Positions 52,482 to 64,000 of a DNA stretch of 64,000 bases are shown piece by piece. The stretch covers positions 2,970,165 to 3,034,164 of the forward strand of contig CAJFCJ010000005.1 in the NCBI GenBank assembly GCA_904063045.1. Direction: 5' to 3'. The number at the start of each line of letters is the position of its first letter. Positions within the stretch are counted from its first letter, which is position 1. Below the pieces are notes generated by a model that searched no databases, was not told the DNA's origin, and saw nothing but the letters and a program-made list of their open reading frames with translations. The position numbers were made by a program, and so were the translations under genes. The stretch is from Dimorphilus gyrociliatus. Its lineage: Eukaryota > Animalia > Annelida.

Positions 52482-53504
52482 TCAAAATTTACAACATTCA
52501 AAACGTACAGCATTCAAACCAGTCCTGTCTATAGTAAGGACGTCTATAGAGATTTGTGGGTTAATACCGCAAACTGCCGAATTTTTACTGCAAGACGACG
52601 ACCAAGGTCCCCATTCTCCCTCGGAAAGTCCTCCAGGTGGATGTACTTCAACAGTTGCTTCGTGAGGGTTCAGATGGCTTCTACACCTGAATTTGAAATC
52701 AGTAGCGCCATAATCGTCGCTGAAAGGTCCTTTATACGGAACTAGTCTTACTGCAAAGGCTACCATGTACATTCCATCAGGACAATAGCTTGTACCATGC
52801 CAGATTCCTTCGTTAGCATTGCCAGATTTAACACTTGTACCAGTAGTATTATCGTAAGGCCTTTTACATTCTAATCGAATATTGTTCAATGCGGTCTCAT
52901 CTCCACCAGCAGGATCAACTCGAAGTTGTATACCGTTGACAAAATAACCATGAGAACAATATTTATAACCTTGTCTTTCTCCAAATTGAAGAGTATTTGA
53001 ATGTGTTAATTCACTAGAAATTTGAATTCCATTATTAATTGCACAAGTTATTCCAGAATAGCCTCCAATACAAGAACATGTGTACTCATTCACTTTCTCA
53101 AATCTTTCTATACACTTTCCAAAATTCAAACATGGGTAGCTGTTACAAGGAGTTTCTTGACAAACTAGTCCGCGAAATCCGTACCATTTATCACAAATTC
53201 CTCTATTAAAGCAATTTGAAGTACTGACTTTGTTAAATGTCTTAAATGTATTTTCTGATGAAGAATTACAAGAAGAAAATCTTTCTGAGTGCAAATAGCA
53301 CATCTTATCTTTTGAAATCGTAGCAGACAGACAATTTCTACAGTTTGAGCAAAAGCTTAAACATAATAGCTTACTATTTATACGAAAAGAATGAAAAACA
53401 GAATGAAAAATATCGTTAGAGTAACAATACTGTTTAAAAATGAAATATGGATTTGAAAAAAGTGAAGAAAAAAGAGAACAAAGTAAAAGGAAAAATATCT
53501 TCAT
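52482..53504 (-). CDS. Secreted PAN/apple-like + EGF + VMO1 (vitelline membrane outer layer protein I, beta-prism) protein, paralog A
   Basis: Signal peptide, Cys-rich PAN-like segment and EGF (CNSYPCLNFGKC...YTCSCIGGYSGITC). VMO1 repeats: GIQLRV...GDETALNNIRLEC, AFAVRL...DDYGATDFKFRC, GEWGPWS..C...AVCG, DRTGLNAVRFECC. Confidence 0.88.
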   Translation of the reverse strand: MKIFFLLLCSLFSSLFSNPYFIFKQYCYSNDIFHSVFHSFRINSKLLCLSFCSNCRNCLSATISKDKMCYLHSERFSSCNSSSENTFKTFNKVSTSNCFNRGICDKWYGFRGLVCQETPCNSYPCLNFGKCIERFEKVNEYTCSCIGGYSGITCAINNGIQISSELTHSNTLQFGERQGYKYCSHGYFVNGIQLRVDPAGGDETALNNIRLECKRPYDNTTGTSVKSGNANEGIWHGTSYCPDGMYMVAFAVRLVPYKGPFSDDYGATDFKFRCRSHLNPHEATVEVHPPGGLSEGEWGPWSSSCSKNSAVCGINPQISIDVLTIDRTGLNAVRFECCKF

Positions 53505-53712
53505 AATTAGAAGAACTTAAGACTTTTACAGGTAAAAGCTATAGGTAAAAACAACATGACACATATGACTTTCAAAAAGTTAATTGATCTTCAATTTATA
53601 TAACAGTTACTCTTTTATGTGAATTGCCTAGCACGTCACCTATAAAAGAACATTATATGTGGCATTGTGGTGCCATCTAATGTATTTTCTTTTTTCAAAT
53701 ATATAGTAACCA

Positions 53713-53940
53713 CGACAAAATAAATTAAACGCTCTAAACAGAAAAACGAGAAGAGAAAGATTCTCCATTAGGCCTATAAAACTTTTTCTTTTGCCTCATA
53801 TTTATTTTTATCGAACCACTAAAATATATCTTGAAGTTTGCATGTAACAGATAAAATAATTTGGGCGATAACCTTCTGTTTAACTTTCAGAAGAGTCTAA
53901 AAAGGTCTTTACTGTTAGGTATAGAAAAAAGTGTATAGAT

Positions 53941-53990
<50 letters not shown>

Positions 53991-54977
53991 AGGGAGGGAG
54001 CGAAAGAGTAAGAGAAGAAGAAAGAAAAGAGTAAAATGATGAAATATAACGTTATGAATTTGGGAGAAATCTTCGTATATCGTAGTTATATTTTGAAAAG
54101 AGGACGGATGTTAGATAAATGAAAAGGTATTTAAATAAAAAGAGTCTCGTAATAATGATTAATAAGGCAAAAATATTATAAATTATTTACCGAAATCCGC
54201 TTTAGTTAATGTAATTCGAATACAAAATTCAATTTAAAGACAAGAAAATTCTATTGGTTTTTAGATTATTTGGCTTTATTGTAGAAAAGAGACGAATATA
54301 GACGCCTCGTAGCAAAGAGAGAGAGAGAGAGAGGGGGGAAGTGTGAGAAAAATAAAGAGGAAGAAGGAGAAAGCGACTGAGAGGGAGAAAAACAGAGTGA
54401 GAGAGAGAGAGAAACAGAGAGAGAGAGAGAGAGAAAGTGAGAGACAAAAATGTGTAAAAAGGAAAGGCAAACAAGGGTAAAATGGAAGACACTCAGACCA
54501 CACAAACCTGCTCAATAGCGTCTATCGGTCAGTAGTTGTAGTATAATTGTTCGACCGTATTTGATGGGACTTGGTATCAAGAGGATAAATGTCAAGTAAA
54601 TCCGTTATTTTCGACCTATTACTCTAGTTGGGGCGATTTCTTTATTCTTCCAATGCAACATTTTTACTGATATTTCAAGGCGAAACATTTCAAGTTTCAT
54701 TCTTAACGCAATATAGAAATACAGAAACTAGAGGACACATTATCTATAGGAGAAGGGGAAGTGGGTGAGAAACAAGGACAAAAATTGAGTGAGAAAAAGA
54801 ATGAAAAGGATTGAAAGAAAGTGAAAACGAAAGAGAACATAATATATAATAGACGTAACGCATAACGAATAAGTGAGAAATAGAATATTCTGGGAAATGA
54901 GGCCTTAGAGATTCGACCTCATTTGGAAATGTTCAATAATTGTAGTTCATTTTGAAGATGTTGAATATAAAAGTGAA
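53713..54977 (+). repeat. Local duplication, copy 1 (pairs with 59010-60277)
   Basis: About 170 nt of diverged homology, then 53884-54977 identical to 59190-60277 except for AG-run and G-run lengths. Confidence 0.95.
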
Positions 54978-55425
54978 ATTTCCTCTTCAGAACAATTGAA
55001 AAACTGAAGGTGTTCACACTACTAAATCAATTAAAATTAGTTGGAATTACCTTCTTATATAAATAAGAAAGTAGCTATTGGTAAAAGTATCAATAAGAGT
55101 CATGTTTATTAATTTTTGGTTTAAAATATAGTACAAATATTCCAATTTGATACTTGTCTGTCACTAGTTTAATAACATAGTGGAATAATTGTAATAAAAA
55201 CTGTAACTTTAAGTTATATAATACGAATTCTTTCATATAAATGCATAGTTGTTTTTCTAAGGAAATTATAAAAAAAAACTTTACAGTTTTAAATCTTTTA
55301 TTGTATTGTTTCATTTCAATAGTAGAGTCATCTTTCTTCTGCGTCATTTGTATTAGTATTAAAACATCATAACACTCTTATAGCCATATTACATGTTATA
55401 GTATTTAAATGTAAGCTTTTCTTTT

Positions 55426-56240
55426 TTAATCAATATAATTGATAAAATCTGTATTTAAGGTACAAACAACTGAGTTAAGAGTTGCCACTCTGCAATAAAA
55501 AAAATTCAGTTTGGCAATAGCCAATCCACCCTCCGGCTCTTTTCCGACAAGTTCACTCTTACGATTTCTACAGCTGTTACATTTTAATATTTGTAACAGC
55601 AGATGTGCTCCCTCTATATTTGAAAGCCTCTCCATAAGGTTTAGATCTAATTATGAAAGCTGTTAATAAACATTCCATCATGAAAAAAAAATGACATTTT
55701 TCACCAATGGCTTCTACTGATTTGATCGGTGAACCTAGGTCACTGTCGTATGGTCTCGGACAAGGTGATATTGCATTATTTATCGTTGTATTACCTTCTT
55801 TCTCAGACTTAAACCAATATCATCAACGAAATAACCATATTTACAGTAAATAGATCTATTCTTATCACGAAATTAAACACGATTATTGCAAGTTAGCCCT
55901 TTAATTATTGTCTGCTATTGTTAATTAGAAAATTAACTCCTGAAAGCCTAATAGCAAAAGTTACATTCATTTAAAAAGCTTCATTCGACTTTCTTTAGTA
56001 AAATCAAAGGTGAAATAAGAATTGAGTTGAACAAAAATTGTATTGGCACAAAATTTCCATCATAAATATTATATCGTAAACACAGTATATGTCTTCTTTA
56101 ATATGTTCTACTTTCCGTCGGTAAAACAATATGAAGCGGTAGCCTTGTTATTGATCTTGAAATTGTTTTTCTTTCAGACTATCACATATGTTTTTCACGA
56201 AAGAAAAGCATCGTCCATCATTTAAATAAGAAACTAAGAA
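55426..56240 (-). pseudogene. Decayed third EGF-VMO1 paralog
   Basis: Frameshifted and stop-ridden remnants, colinear with the flanking paralogs: YLNDGRC (EGF), FRDKNRSIYCKYGYFV, NTTINN..CPRPYDS, LTAFIIRSKPY, SAVTNIK, KC...KEPEGGL...NSVVC. Confidence 0.75.
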
Positions 56241-56580
56241 ACAATTTTTATTTCTAGTAAAAAATTGAAAGTATTTTATATTCCTTTTTAGTGGGAAATA
56301 CGTCAAATACAATTACATTTAAAATTTAAAGGTAAAGTATAACCGTAGCAAAAGCAGGGTTGGACACTATGGGAAAAGATTATGGAAAATAACAATATAA
56401 ACTATGTAAATGTTTGTTTTTAATCTTAATCATTTAATATTCTTTTATCATATGACAATTTAAAAGAAACTTGTTGATATTCTACATTTTCTCCACTAAA
56501 ACATACATTTTAGTATCTCTTTAATTAGCCAATTTGTTCAAGCAAACATTCAGTTAAGTATGTTTATACTTGACTTCGTT

Positions 56581-57687
56581 TTAGAACGTTTTGCTAAAGT
56601 ACGAGCAACACTTTAATTTGACTTCATTTAAACCTGATTTGTCGGCACTCGATGACTCTATTTTAGTTTTTACACCGCAGACTGCTGAAGTTGAATTGCA
56701 ATTTTCAGACCACGAACCCCAGATACCGTTCTTTAGACCACCCTGAGGGTGAATTTCTATGAAAGTATTATTGACATCTAGAAATTTTTGACATTTAAAT
56801 TTAACATCAGTTATGGCATTATCATCTCCAAGTATTCCTTTATATGGTGAAGCTCTAACACGAAATCCTACTATAAACATATTCAACGGACAAAAGGTCT
56901 TACTAAACCAAGATCCTTCGCCAGTAATACCAGATTGAACATGATCACCCTGTGTATTATCGTATGGTCTTTGACATTGTAGCCTAAGATTATTCACACC
57001 TGTATTATCTATCCCTCCAGTTTCAACTCGTAATTGTATACCATTAGCAAAGTAACCGTGATCACAGAATGCAAATGGATAAACGTCTCCAAACTGTACC
57101 GGATTATCGTGGGTTAATTCTTTATCAAATTGCCTACTAGTAGTATTTAAGTGGCAAAATTTTCCATAATAGCCTCCTACACAAATACATTTAAAGGATT
57201 TCTGATTACCCATCCTATGACAATAGCCAAAATTCTGACAGGGATTCGGTAGACAAACATCATGTTCACAATCTTTTCCATAATAACCTGGAAAGCAGTG
57301 ACATGTTTTTCCAAAAAAGTCATATTTCCCCCTCTTTGTGCAATTTGACTCAAAAATTTTAATATAAACTTTATAGGTCTTCACAAGCATAGAAGAACAA
57401 GAGGGTACTTTAGTTTCATGAAAAAAGCATTGCTTGTCAGAGGAGTAAGTAACTGCAAAGCATTCTTTATTTCTTGAACAAAGAATAAAACATCGAAATT
57501 CGCTTTTCGAAGGAAATGAATTAAAAACCGAAGAAGAAATATTTCCGGTATAGCATTTAAATGTAAAAATATGAGAAATATCTGCCTTGACAACATAATA
57601 AAATATAAAAATCATGATAAACACAGCAGTCATAGCTAAAATGTAATGCCAATGTCGACGGATATGATCTTTAACATGATCAGCCAA
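56581..57687 (-). CDS. Signal-anchored PAN-like + 2 EGF + VMO1 protein, paralog B
   Basis: N-terminal basic stretch then a hydrophobic helix (RRHWHYILAMTAVFIMIFIFYYVV), a PAN-like Cys pattern, two EGF domains (TCHCFPGYYGKDC; CLPNPCQNFGYC...CICVGGYYGKFC) and a VMO1 domain (GIQLRV...DNTGVNNLRLQC, GDDNAITDVKFKC, DKSGLNEVKLKCC). Confidence 0.88.
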   Translation of the reverse strand: MADHVKDHIRRHWHYILAMTAVFIMIFIFYYVVKADISHIFTFKCYTGNISSSVFNSFPSKSEFRCFILCSRNKECFAVTYSSDKQCFFHETKVPSCSSMLVKTYKVYIKIFESNCTKRGKYDFFGKTCHCFPGYYGKDCEHDVCLPNPCQNFGYCHRMGNQKSFKCICVGGYYGKFCHLNTTSRQFDKELTHDNPVQFGDVYPFAFCDHGYFANGIQLRVETGGIDNTGVNNLRLQCQRPYDNTQGDHVQSGITGEGSWFSKTFCPLNMFIVGFRVRASPYKGILGDDNAITDVKFKCQKFLDVNNTFIEIHPQGGLKNGIWGSWSENCNSTSAVCGVKTKIESSSADKSGLNEVKLKCCSYFSKTF

Positions 57688-59009
57688 GGATTATAAAGTA
57701 TACAATAATTAACATTCATATTTCATTAAATTGTGAATTAATAAAGGCTGCTAATGGCTTTATACTTAAATAAACACTTTATTCATTCTTCTTTCTCTCC
57801 AATATTATTCTTTATATCTTTTGCGTCTAAATACAAATATTATATATTTCCAATACACAGCTATACACATTGCTACAATTTCAGTTTTAACTATTCAATT
57901 ATCAATAATGAATTTAATAAAATATGTACTCTATGTCGCTTTTCTTTCTGTGAACATTAAAGTTATTTTAATTATTATGATATAGGCGGTTGGAAATTCA
58001 ATTACATCGTCAGCTACTATGGTAAATAGATTTTTTTTATATGTAATAATGATGGACGAAGGTCTCTTCCTTTTTCTATATATTTAATATAAAAAAGTAG
58101 GAATATATGAATGTCTCAAGATATTATATTACTTTATTATATATATTAGAGACTAGGTATAAGTAGCTGTTGATTTTTATTATATATAATATATTAGTAG
58201 TTTTAAAAAAGACGAAGCTGAACGAATAAATTTTATACATAGAAGAAAAAATTAATTCTATTCTCAGCAGAATAAACTAAAGATATATATTAATGTCAGA
58301 ATAATATTAGGTTTCAATCAGGAGAAACATCGCCTTACAAAAAAGATATTATCTTCTTAAGATATTTAACAGATTTCTCTCTCTCTCTCTCTCTTTCTCT
58401 TTAAATGTATTTTCAAAAGAGAGAGATTAGATACATTTAAAAATACTTTCAAATTTCATTTTCATCTTATAAAAACTATAAAAATTATGACGAAAATAAC
58501 ATTAAATATCATTATTGTTAACAACAACATTAACAAAAAATACGAAAAGTGTATATCTAATTTACATAATTAATTTTGTTAATTAATTTTAATTTGCTGA
58601 TTAATTGAATTTCAGGTAAATCTTCACGTTTCAAAAAGAACTTTCAATATAAAAAAAGATGTAACCTCTAAATGAAAAATTTCATTTTATTAATTAGAGT
58701 ATATGAGAAAATATTCACTAAAATAAAAAGAGTAGTATGCTAGTATATTTAATCTCACTATTATAGTTTCAAAAAGGATGATCATATATTTTAAAATTAT
58801 CGTATTATTATGTAATATACTGAAATTTCAAACTATAAATCTTCATTAGAGCTTCCTATTTGCAAAAATCTAATTTTCCATATATTATATACTTCTAAAA
58901 TTATCTTTTCAATTTTTCATCTCGTACTAGAACGCCATCTATTTCACTCTTTTGGTTTATACACCGAGTCTGCATAACTGCTAATTTTAGCCAATTGTCC
59001 CAATTTCCC

Positions 59010-59246
59010 CGACAAAATAAATTAAACGCTCTAAACAGCAAAATGAGAAGAGAAAGATTCTCTATTAGGCCTATATATTCTTCTTTTTTCCTTTTATGCA
59101 TATCCTTTTATTTTTAGCCACTAAAAGATATCTTACGAAGTTTGGCCATGCGATAGATAAAATTATTTAGGCGATAACCTTCTGTTTAGCTTTCAGAAGA
59201 GTCTAAAAAGGTCTTTACTGTTAGGTATAGAAAAAAGTGTATAGAT

Positions 59247-59288
<42 letters not shown>

Positions 59289-60277
59289 AGGGAGGGAGCG
59301 AAAGAGTAAGAGAAGAAGAAAGAAAAGAGTAAAATGATGAAATATAACGTTATGAATTTGGGAGAAATCTTCGTATATCGTAGTTATATTTTGAAAAGAG
59401 GACGGATGTTAGATAAATGAAAAGGTATTTAAATAAAAAGAGTCTCGTAATAATGATTAATAAGGCAAAAATATTATAAATTATTTACCGAAATCCGCTT
59501 TAGTTAATGTAATTCGAATACAAAATTCAATTTAAAGACAAGAAAATTCTATTGGTTTTTAGATTATTTGGCTTTATTGTAGAAAAGAGACGAATATAGA
59601 CGCCTCGTAGCAAAGAGAGAGAGAGAGAGAGGGGGGGGAAGTGTGAGAAAAATAAAGAGGAAGAAGGAGAAAGCGACTGAGAGGGAGAAAAACAGAGTGA
59701 GAGAGAGAGAGAAACAGAGAGAGAGAGAGAGAGAAAGTGAGAGACAAAAATGTGTAAAAAGGAAAGGCAAACAAGGGTAAAATGGAAGACACTCAGACCA
59801 CACAAACCTGCTCAATAGCGTCTATCGGTCAGTAGTTGTAGTATAATTGTTCGACCGTATTTGATGGGACTTGGTATCAAGAGGATAAATGTCAAGTAAA
59901 TCCGTTATTTTCGACCTATTACTCTAGTTGGGGCGATTTCTTTATTCTTCCAATGCAACATTTTTACTGATATTTCAAGGCGAAACATTTCAAGTTTCAT
60001 TCTTAACGCAATATAGAAATACAGAAACTAGAGGACACATTATCTATAGGAGAAGGGGAAGTGGGTGAGAAACAAGGACAAAAATTGAGTGAGAAAAAGA
60101 ATGAAAAGGATTGAAAGAAAGTGAAAACGAAAGAGAACATAATATATAATAGACGTAACGCATAACGAATAAGTGAGAAATAGAATATTCTGGGAAATGA
60201 GGCCTTAGAGATTCGACCTCATTTGGAAATGTTCAATAATTGTAGTTCATTTTGAAGATGTTGAATATAAAAGTGAA
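59010..60277 (+). repeat. Local duplication, copy 2 (pairs with 53713-54977)
   Basis: Same orientation as copy 1, offset by about 5.3 kb, with a near-identical 1.09 kb core. Confidence 0.95.
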
Positions 60278-62738
60278 GTTGTTTCTTTTGAACAGTTTAT
60301 TCTTTAAATATGGTTACGATTGTAGAGATTTTTTGGTTAATGGCACAAGGAGGCAGCTGTTTCATAAAACGAAAGAGAAAACTGTATCGATCTTAAACTG
60401 AAATGAATTTAAAGCTTTAAAGCGGAGCAGATAGAGATAATGTTAATCTGTAATCTGTTCCCTGAATGAATTAGCATTGTAAATATATTAAAAAAATTTT
60501 TTCTATGCACTAAAAGATGAAGAGAATAAATTAGTCTGTGATATGCATATACTTTAAAAAGAGCATTGATTGTTGTCTCTTTTAGTTTAAGTGTTTTTTT
60601 GGCTATGGAAATGAAAAGAGATAGAATACTTAAATATAAGAAAATAGTATTAAAAATTTAAAGATCGAATGAGAATGTATTTTTCCCTTTTCTATTTATT
60701 TTAACCAATAAATGAATTAAAAATAGATAGGTGAGAGTATAAAATTTTATCTTCATAGCAGATAAAGAACGTAAATGGCGTGCAATAGAAATCTTAGAAA
60801 GGAAGATGCAAATGTAGAAAAAGAAAAGAGTCAACTGTATCCACTTTGATCGACTATCGCGAAAGAATCTTTTACTTACGGAAGACATAAATTATAGAAT
60901 AAGGCAAGCAGAAATAAGAGAGAAAAAGAGAGAGAGAGAGTAAAAGAAATGACTTAAAGTAACTTTTATTTAGTGCAAAGTGTAAGGTATTAAAAATATT
61001 TATGAAAGAAATATTAATTATAGAGGCGTTAGTGTAAACTCTTTAATATATTTCTTCATTTTCACAACTATATTTACACTTTCATTACTCTAGACTTATT
61101 TTATCTGGGTAATACTAATTAAATTTTCGTACACAAAAGTAAATACGCTGCGCAGCGTTTGCTGATACTAAAGTACACGTTATAAAAATCTGGCTTGGTG
61201 CATTCTCGATGCAGTCGTCAGCAAAGTATGGGGAGGGGCGCTTGTCAATGAACCGTCTACAGTTTTTCAAATTTGGAAACTTGCCTACAGTATGTTTCCT
61301 TTTTTATAACATTAGACTAGTTAATTTGTATTGAAGTAGTATTTATACTCAGCTATATATTTTAAATATTGATTTATTCTTTATTAATAATCTGTTTATA
61401 ATGTTTATTTTTCTGTTTTTTCTCTGTTTAATTATCTTTTGTCTTCTTTCCTAAAATATGTTAAATAGAGAAAGAGAGAATGATAAAATTCTGTCTACTT
61501 TGGCCTATGTAGGTATTTTACATAAGTAAGCAGAAAATGTCAACTTAATACAATTAACCATCTCCGATTCTCAACGCTTAAGGTGTCGATGCCATGACAA
61601 CATGTATGTCCTATAGGCAGTGCATATAGTCTTTCGTTTATTTTGTAGGAAAATCAAATTTATGTTTCTGTCGTGAATTTCGTAGTTGAAGAGAAAAGAC
61701 TTTTATAACGTAGTTTTACCTTTGCTTTAAAGCGTCTAAATTATTTATAGTTGATATATAGTTATTTAAAGGCAAATACTAGGAATTCATAAATGTAGAA
61801 AGAGAGAAACAAAGAGGATGAAAGCGAAAAAAAAAGTATGTATAAAAAAAAAAGATGTTAACCAGAAAAGAAAGGGAGAAAAAGCTATTGGCTAGTTTGA
61901 CGGGATTGTATCGATTAAAATCTGTTGAATTCGGGCCAACATCAAAGCGTTTCCGATTGAATTTCCGTGCATTGCTCAGCAGCGGATTTCTCGGCTGAAT
62001 TATTCCTAATTTCGATCTTACAAAGACCCGTCCAAATGAATTTACGCCGAATACGAAATTTGATGACTACTGACTAATTTATTTCACTTTGGTTTGTATT
62101 GTTTGCTATACTATAAAATCACGATTACTACTCTAATATGGTAGATGTCAGCACAAGTCTTTGCAGAACATAATCCTATTTACCCCGCCCCTATCTAATT
62201 CGCAATTTCAGCTGCTTTTGTAAATTAGTCCTCCGGCCAAAAGATATATAAATAATAGAAATATATATATATGTCTATATTTATATATATATATATATAT
62301 ATGCATGCTTTATCTATATCCATATCAGTACTTATTTTATGCCATTTAATATGTCTTTTGTATATTGAAAAAACTTGTACATATATCATCTTAAGAGCAT
62401 ATTTATACCGACATAAAACCCCTATAAAGCGTCATTAAGAAGAAAATATTAATCTAACTCTAAATAGGTCAATTATTCTCTTCCTTTAATGATTAATAGA
62501 ATTTATTACCTCTCTTGCAGGAAAGATACCTAATAAATATTAAACTTACTGAATGATTTTAATTAAAGAAAAAGCAAAAGTGAAGAAGTTTTAGGCTATA
62601 AATGAGCTAATAAGAAAGAGTCATAGAACATATATTTATTATTTGAATTTATAGGACAAATATTAAAAGAATATGTTTATCCGCCTAAGTATCTACAGTA
62701 TATACATATATTAGAATATGTGTGTGCATGTGAGAATT

Positions 62739-62774
<36 letters not shown>

Positions 62775-64000
62775 TATCATTGTGTGTGGAGGTTGTTCCT
62801 TTTAAACTGTTTATTCTTTGGCAAGACTAAAAAGAAAAACATAATCTCGACTCTTTGGTGTGTGTTTGACATGTTTTATCTGATTTCTTTAAGTGTTATT
62901 ATAAATAACTTGCACAATATCTTGAGAGTGAAAGAGACAAACAACATTTAGACGTCTGTCCATAGGCATATTCCTAGCGTAAGGACAAATAAAAGCATTC
63001 ATAGATTGATATAAAGATTTTTGTTTTAATTATTGACCTATTATCAGGAAATTCAATGAAATCAAATAATGTTACATAATTGATCAATATCCAATGAGCA
63101 GATTCGAAGAAGTGGAGATATTCCAGGCAGATGACCTGGTACATTACTTGTTGTGTATTAATTTAAAAGCTAAAGTAGAGTATTTGTTAATAGAGATAGT
63201 AACAGATTGTAATCAAGATAAGTAATTAAAGATTTAAATTAGTGTTATAGCTATGGATTCGCATGAGTGTAAATGCTTAAATTTTACATCTGTTACTTTT
63301 AGAAAAGTTGATGAAAATTTTATTGATGTGAGTTATCCTTTCGCTTGTCTTTCTCTCTCTCTCTCTCTCTTGAGAAAAAGTCAATATGCTGTATATTTGC
63401 AATTAAGACTAAACTAATGTTGTGAGTATTTCCTTATTTTGAAGTTTATTTAATTTGGTAGTCAGCTCTTCCATCAAAAGTTCAACTTTTTAGCAAGTTT
63501 ATAATTAGATAATAAAATTACAAAATCAGCTTAAAATAGTGAAAATAGATAGAAGCAAGAAGCTTATTTTAAAAATGAGAAATATACCATTAAATAGTGT
63601 TTTTTTAGGAGAAAATATCTTAAGATTTACTCTAAATAGTCTAATTAAATTTGATGAATGTAATTATTTTCAAAATACTAAATTTCCCAAAGTGCTTTTA
63701 TACTTTTACTATATATGTTGGACAATTAACTCTAAATTAACCGCAAAGTATAAATTCCCTTTGCGAAGATAAAGAAAGCAACAAATATATAACTCAATTA
63801 ATCTGCTCATTCTTCAGCGACACTTCTTCTACTCTTTCATTTATTTCCTTTAGAAAGGAGAGTAAAAACAAAAAATATATCAATAAATTGAAAATCATAT
63901 TGATTTTTTATAACATGGTTTTTTTTGTTTTTATAAAAAAAAATAGTATGCAAGTTAGATAGAATTTTCTTTTAAATATGGTTAAGTAAATATAAATTGA

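Noticed and set aside
54229-54515. Overlapping LSLSLS-rich ORFs here and at 59527-59815 and 15567-15752
   Set aside because: These are translation artefacts of (CT)n/(AG)n microsatellites within the duplicated block or intergenic DNA.
1-64000. CRISPR arrays, prokaryotic operons, tRNA/rRNA genes, autonomous transposons
   Set aside because: The window is spliced eukaryotic DNA. I saw no repeat-spacer arrays, cloverleafs, rRNA motifs, or transposase/RT ORFs.

Overview
This is AT-rich eukaryotic (animal) genomic DNA with very short GT-AG introns of about 50-60 nt. It looks like a compact invertebrate genome, possibly lophotrochozoan or annelid; that taxonomy is inference only. The first ~41.5 kb is very gene-dense: a vanin/biotinidase (5'-partial), an intronless M13 neprilysin-like gene lacking HExxH, ATP5MG, FHIP1/FAM160A, LAMTOR1, FAM114A, SH3RF/POSH, LIAS, NHLRC2, IFT81, a Repo-like homeobox gene, PLD6/zucchini and a THAP + 9xC2H2 gene. 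The remaining ~22 kb is gene-poor and microsatellite-rich. It holds a small PH-like gene, a 7SL (SRP) RNA gene and a tandem cluster of PAN-EGF-VMO1 genes (two intact, one decayed), with a 1.09 kb near-identical duplicated upstream block. The most striking observation is an intronless TRPM-like channel gene that fills about 93% of a 3.46 kb LIAS intron on the same strand. It is split by a single -1 frameshift that maps to a G_GGA_AAA heptamer, and its AATAAA signals lie next to the host 3' splice site. Gene models were assembled by eye, so exon boundaries other than those stated are approximate.
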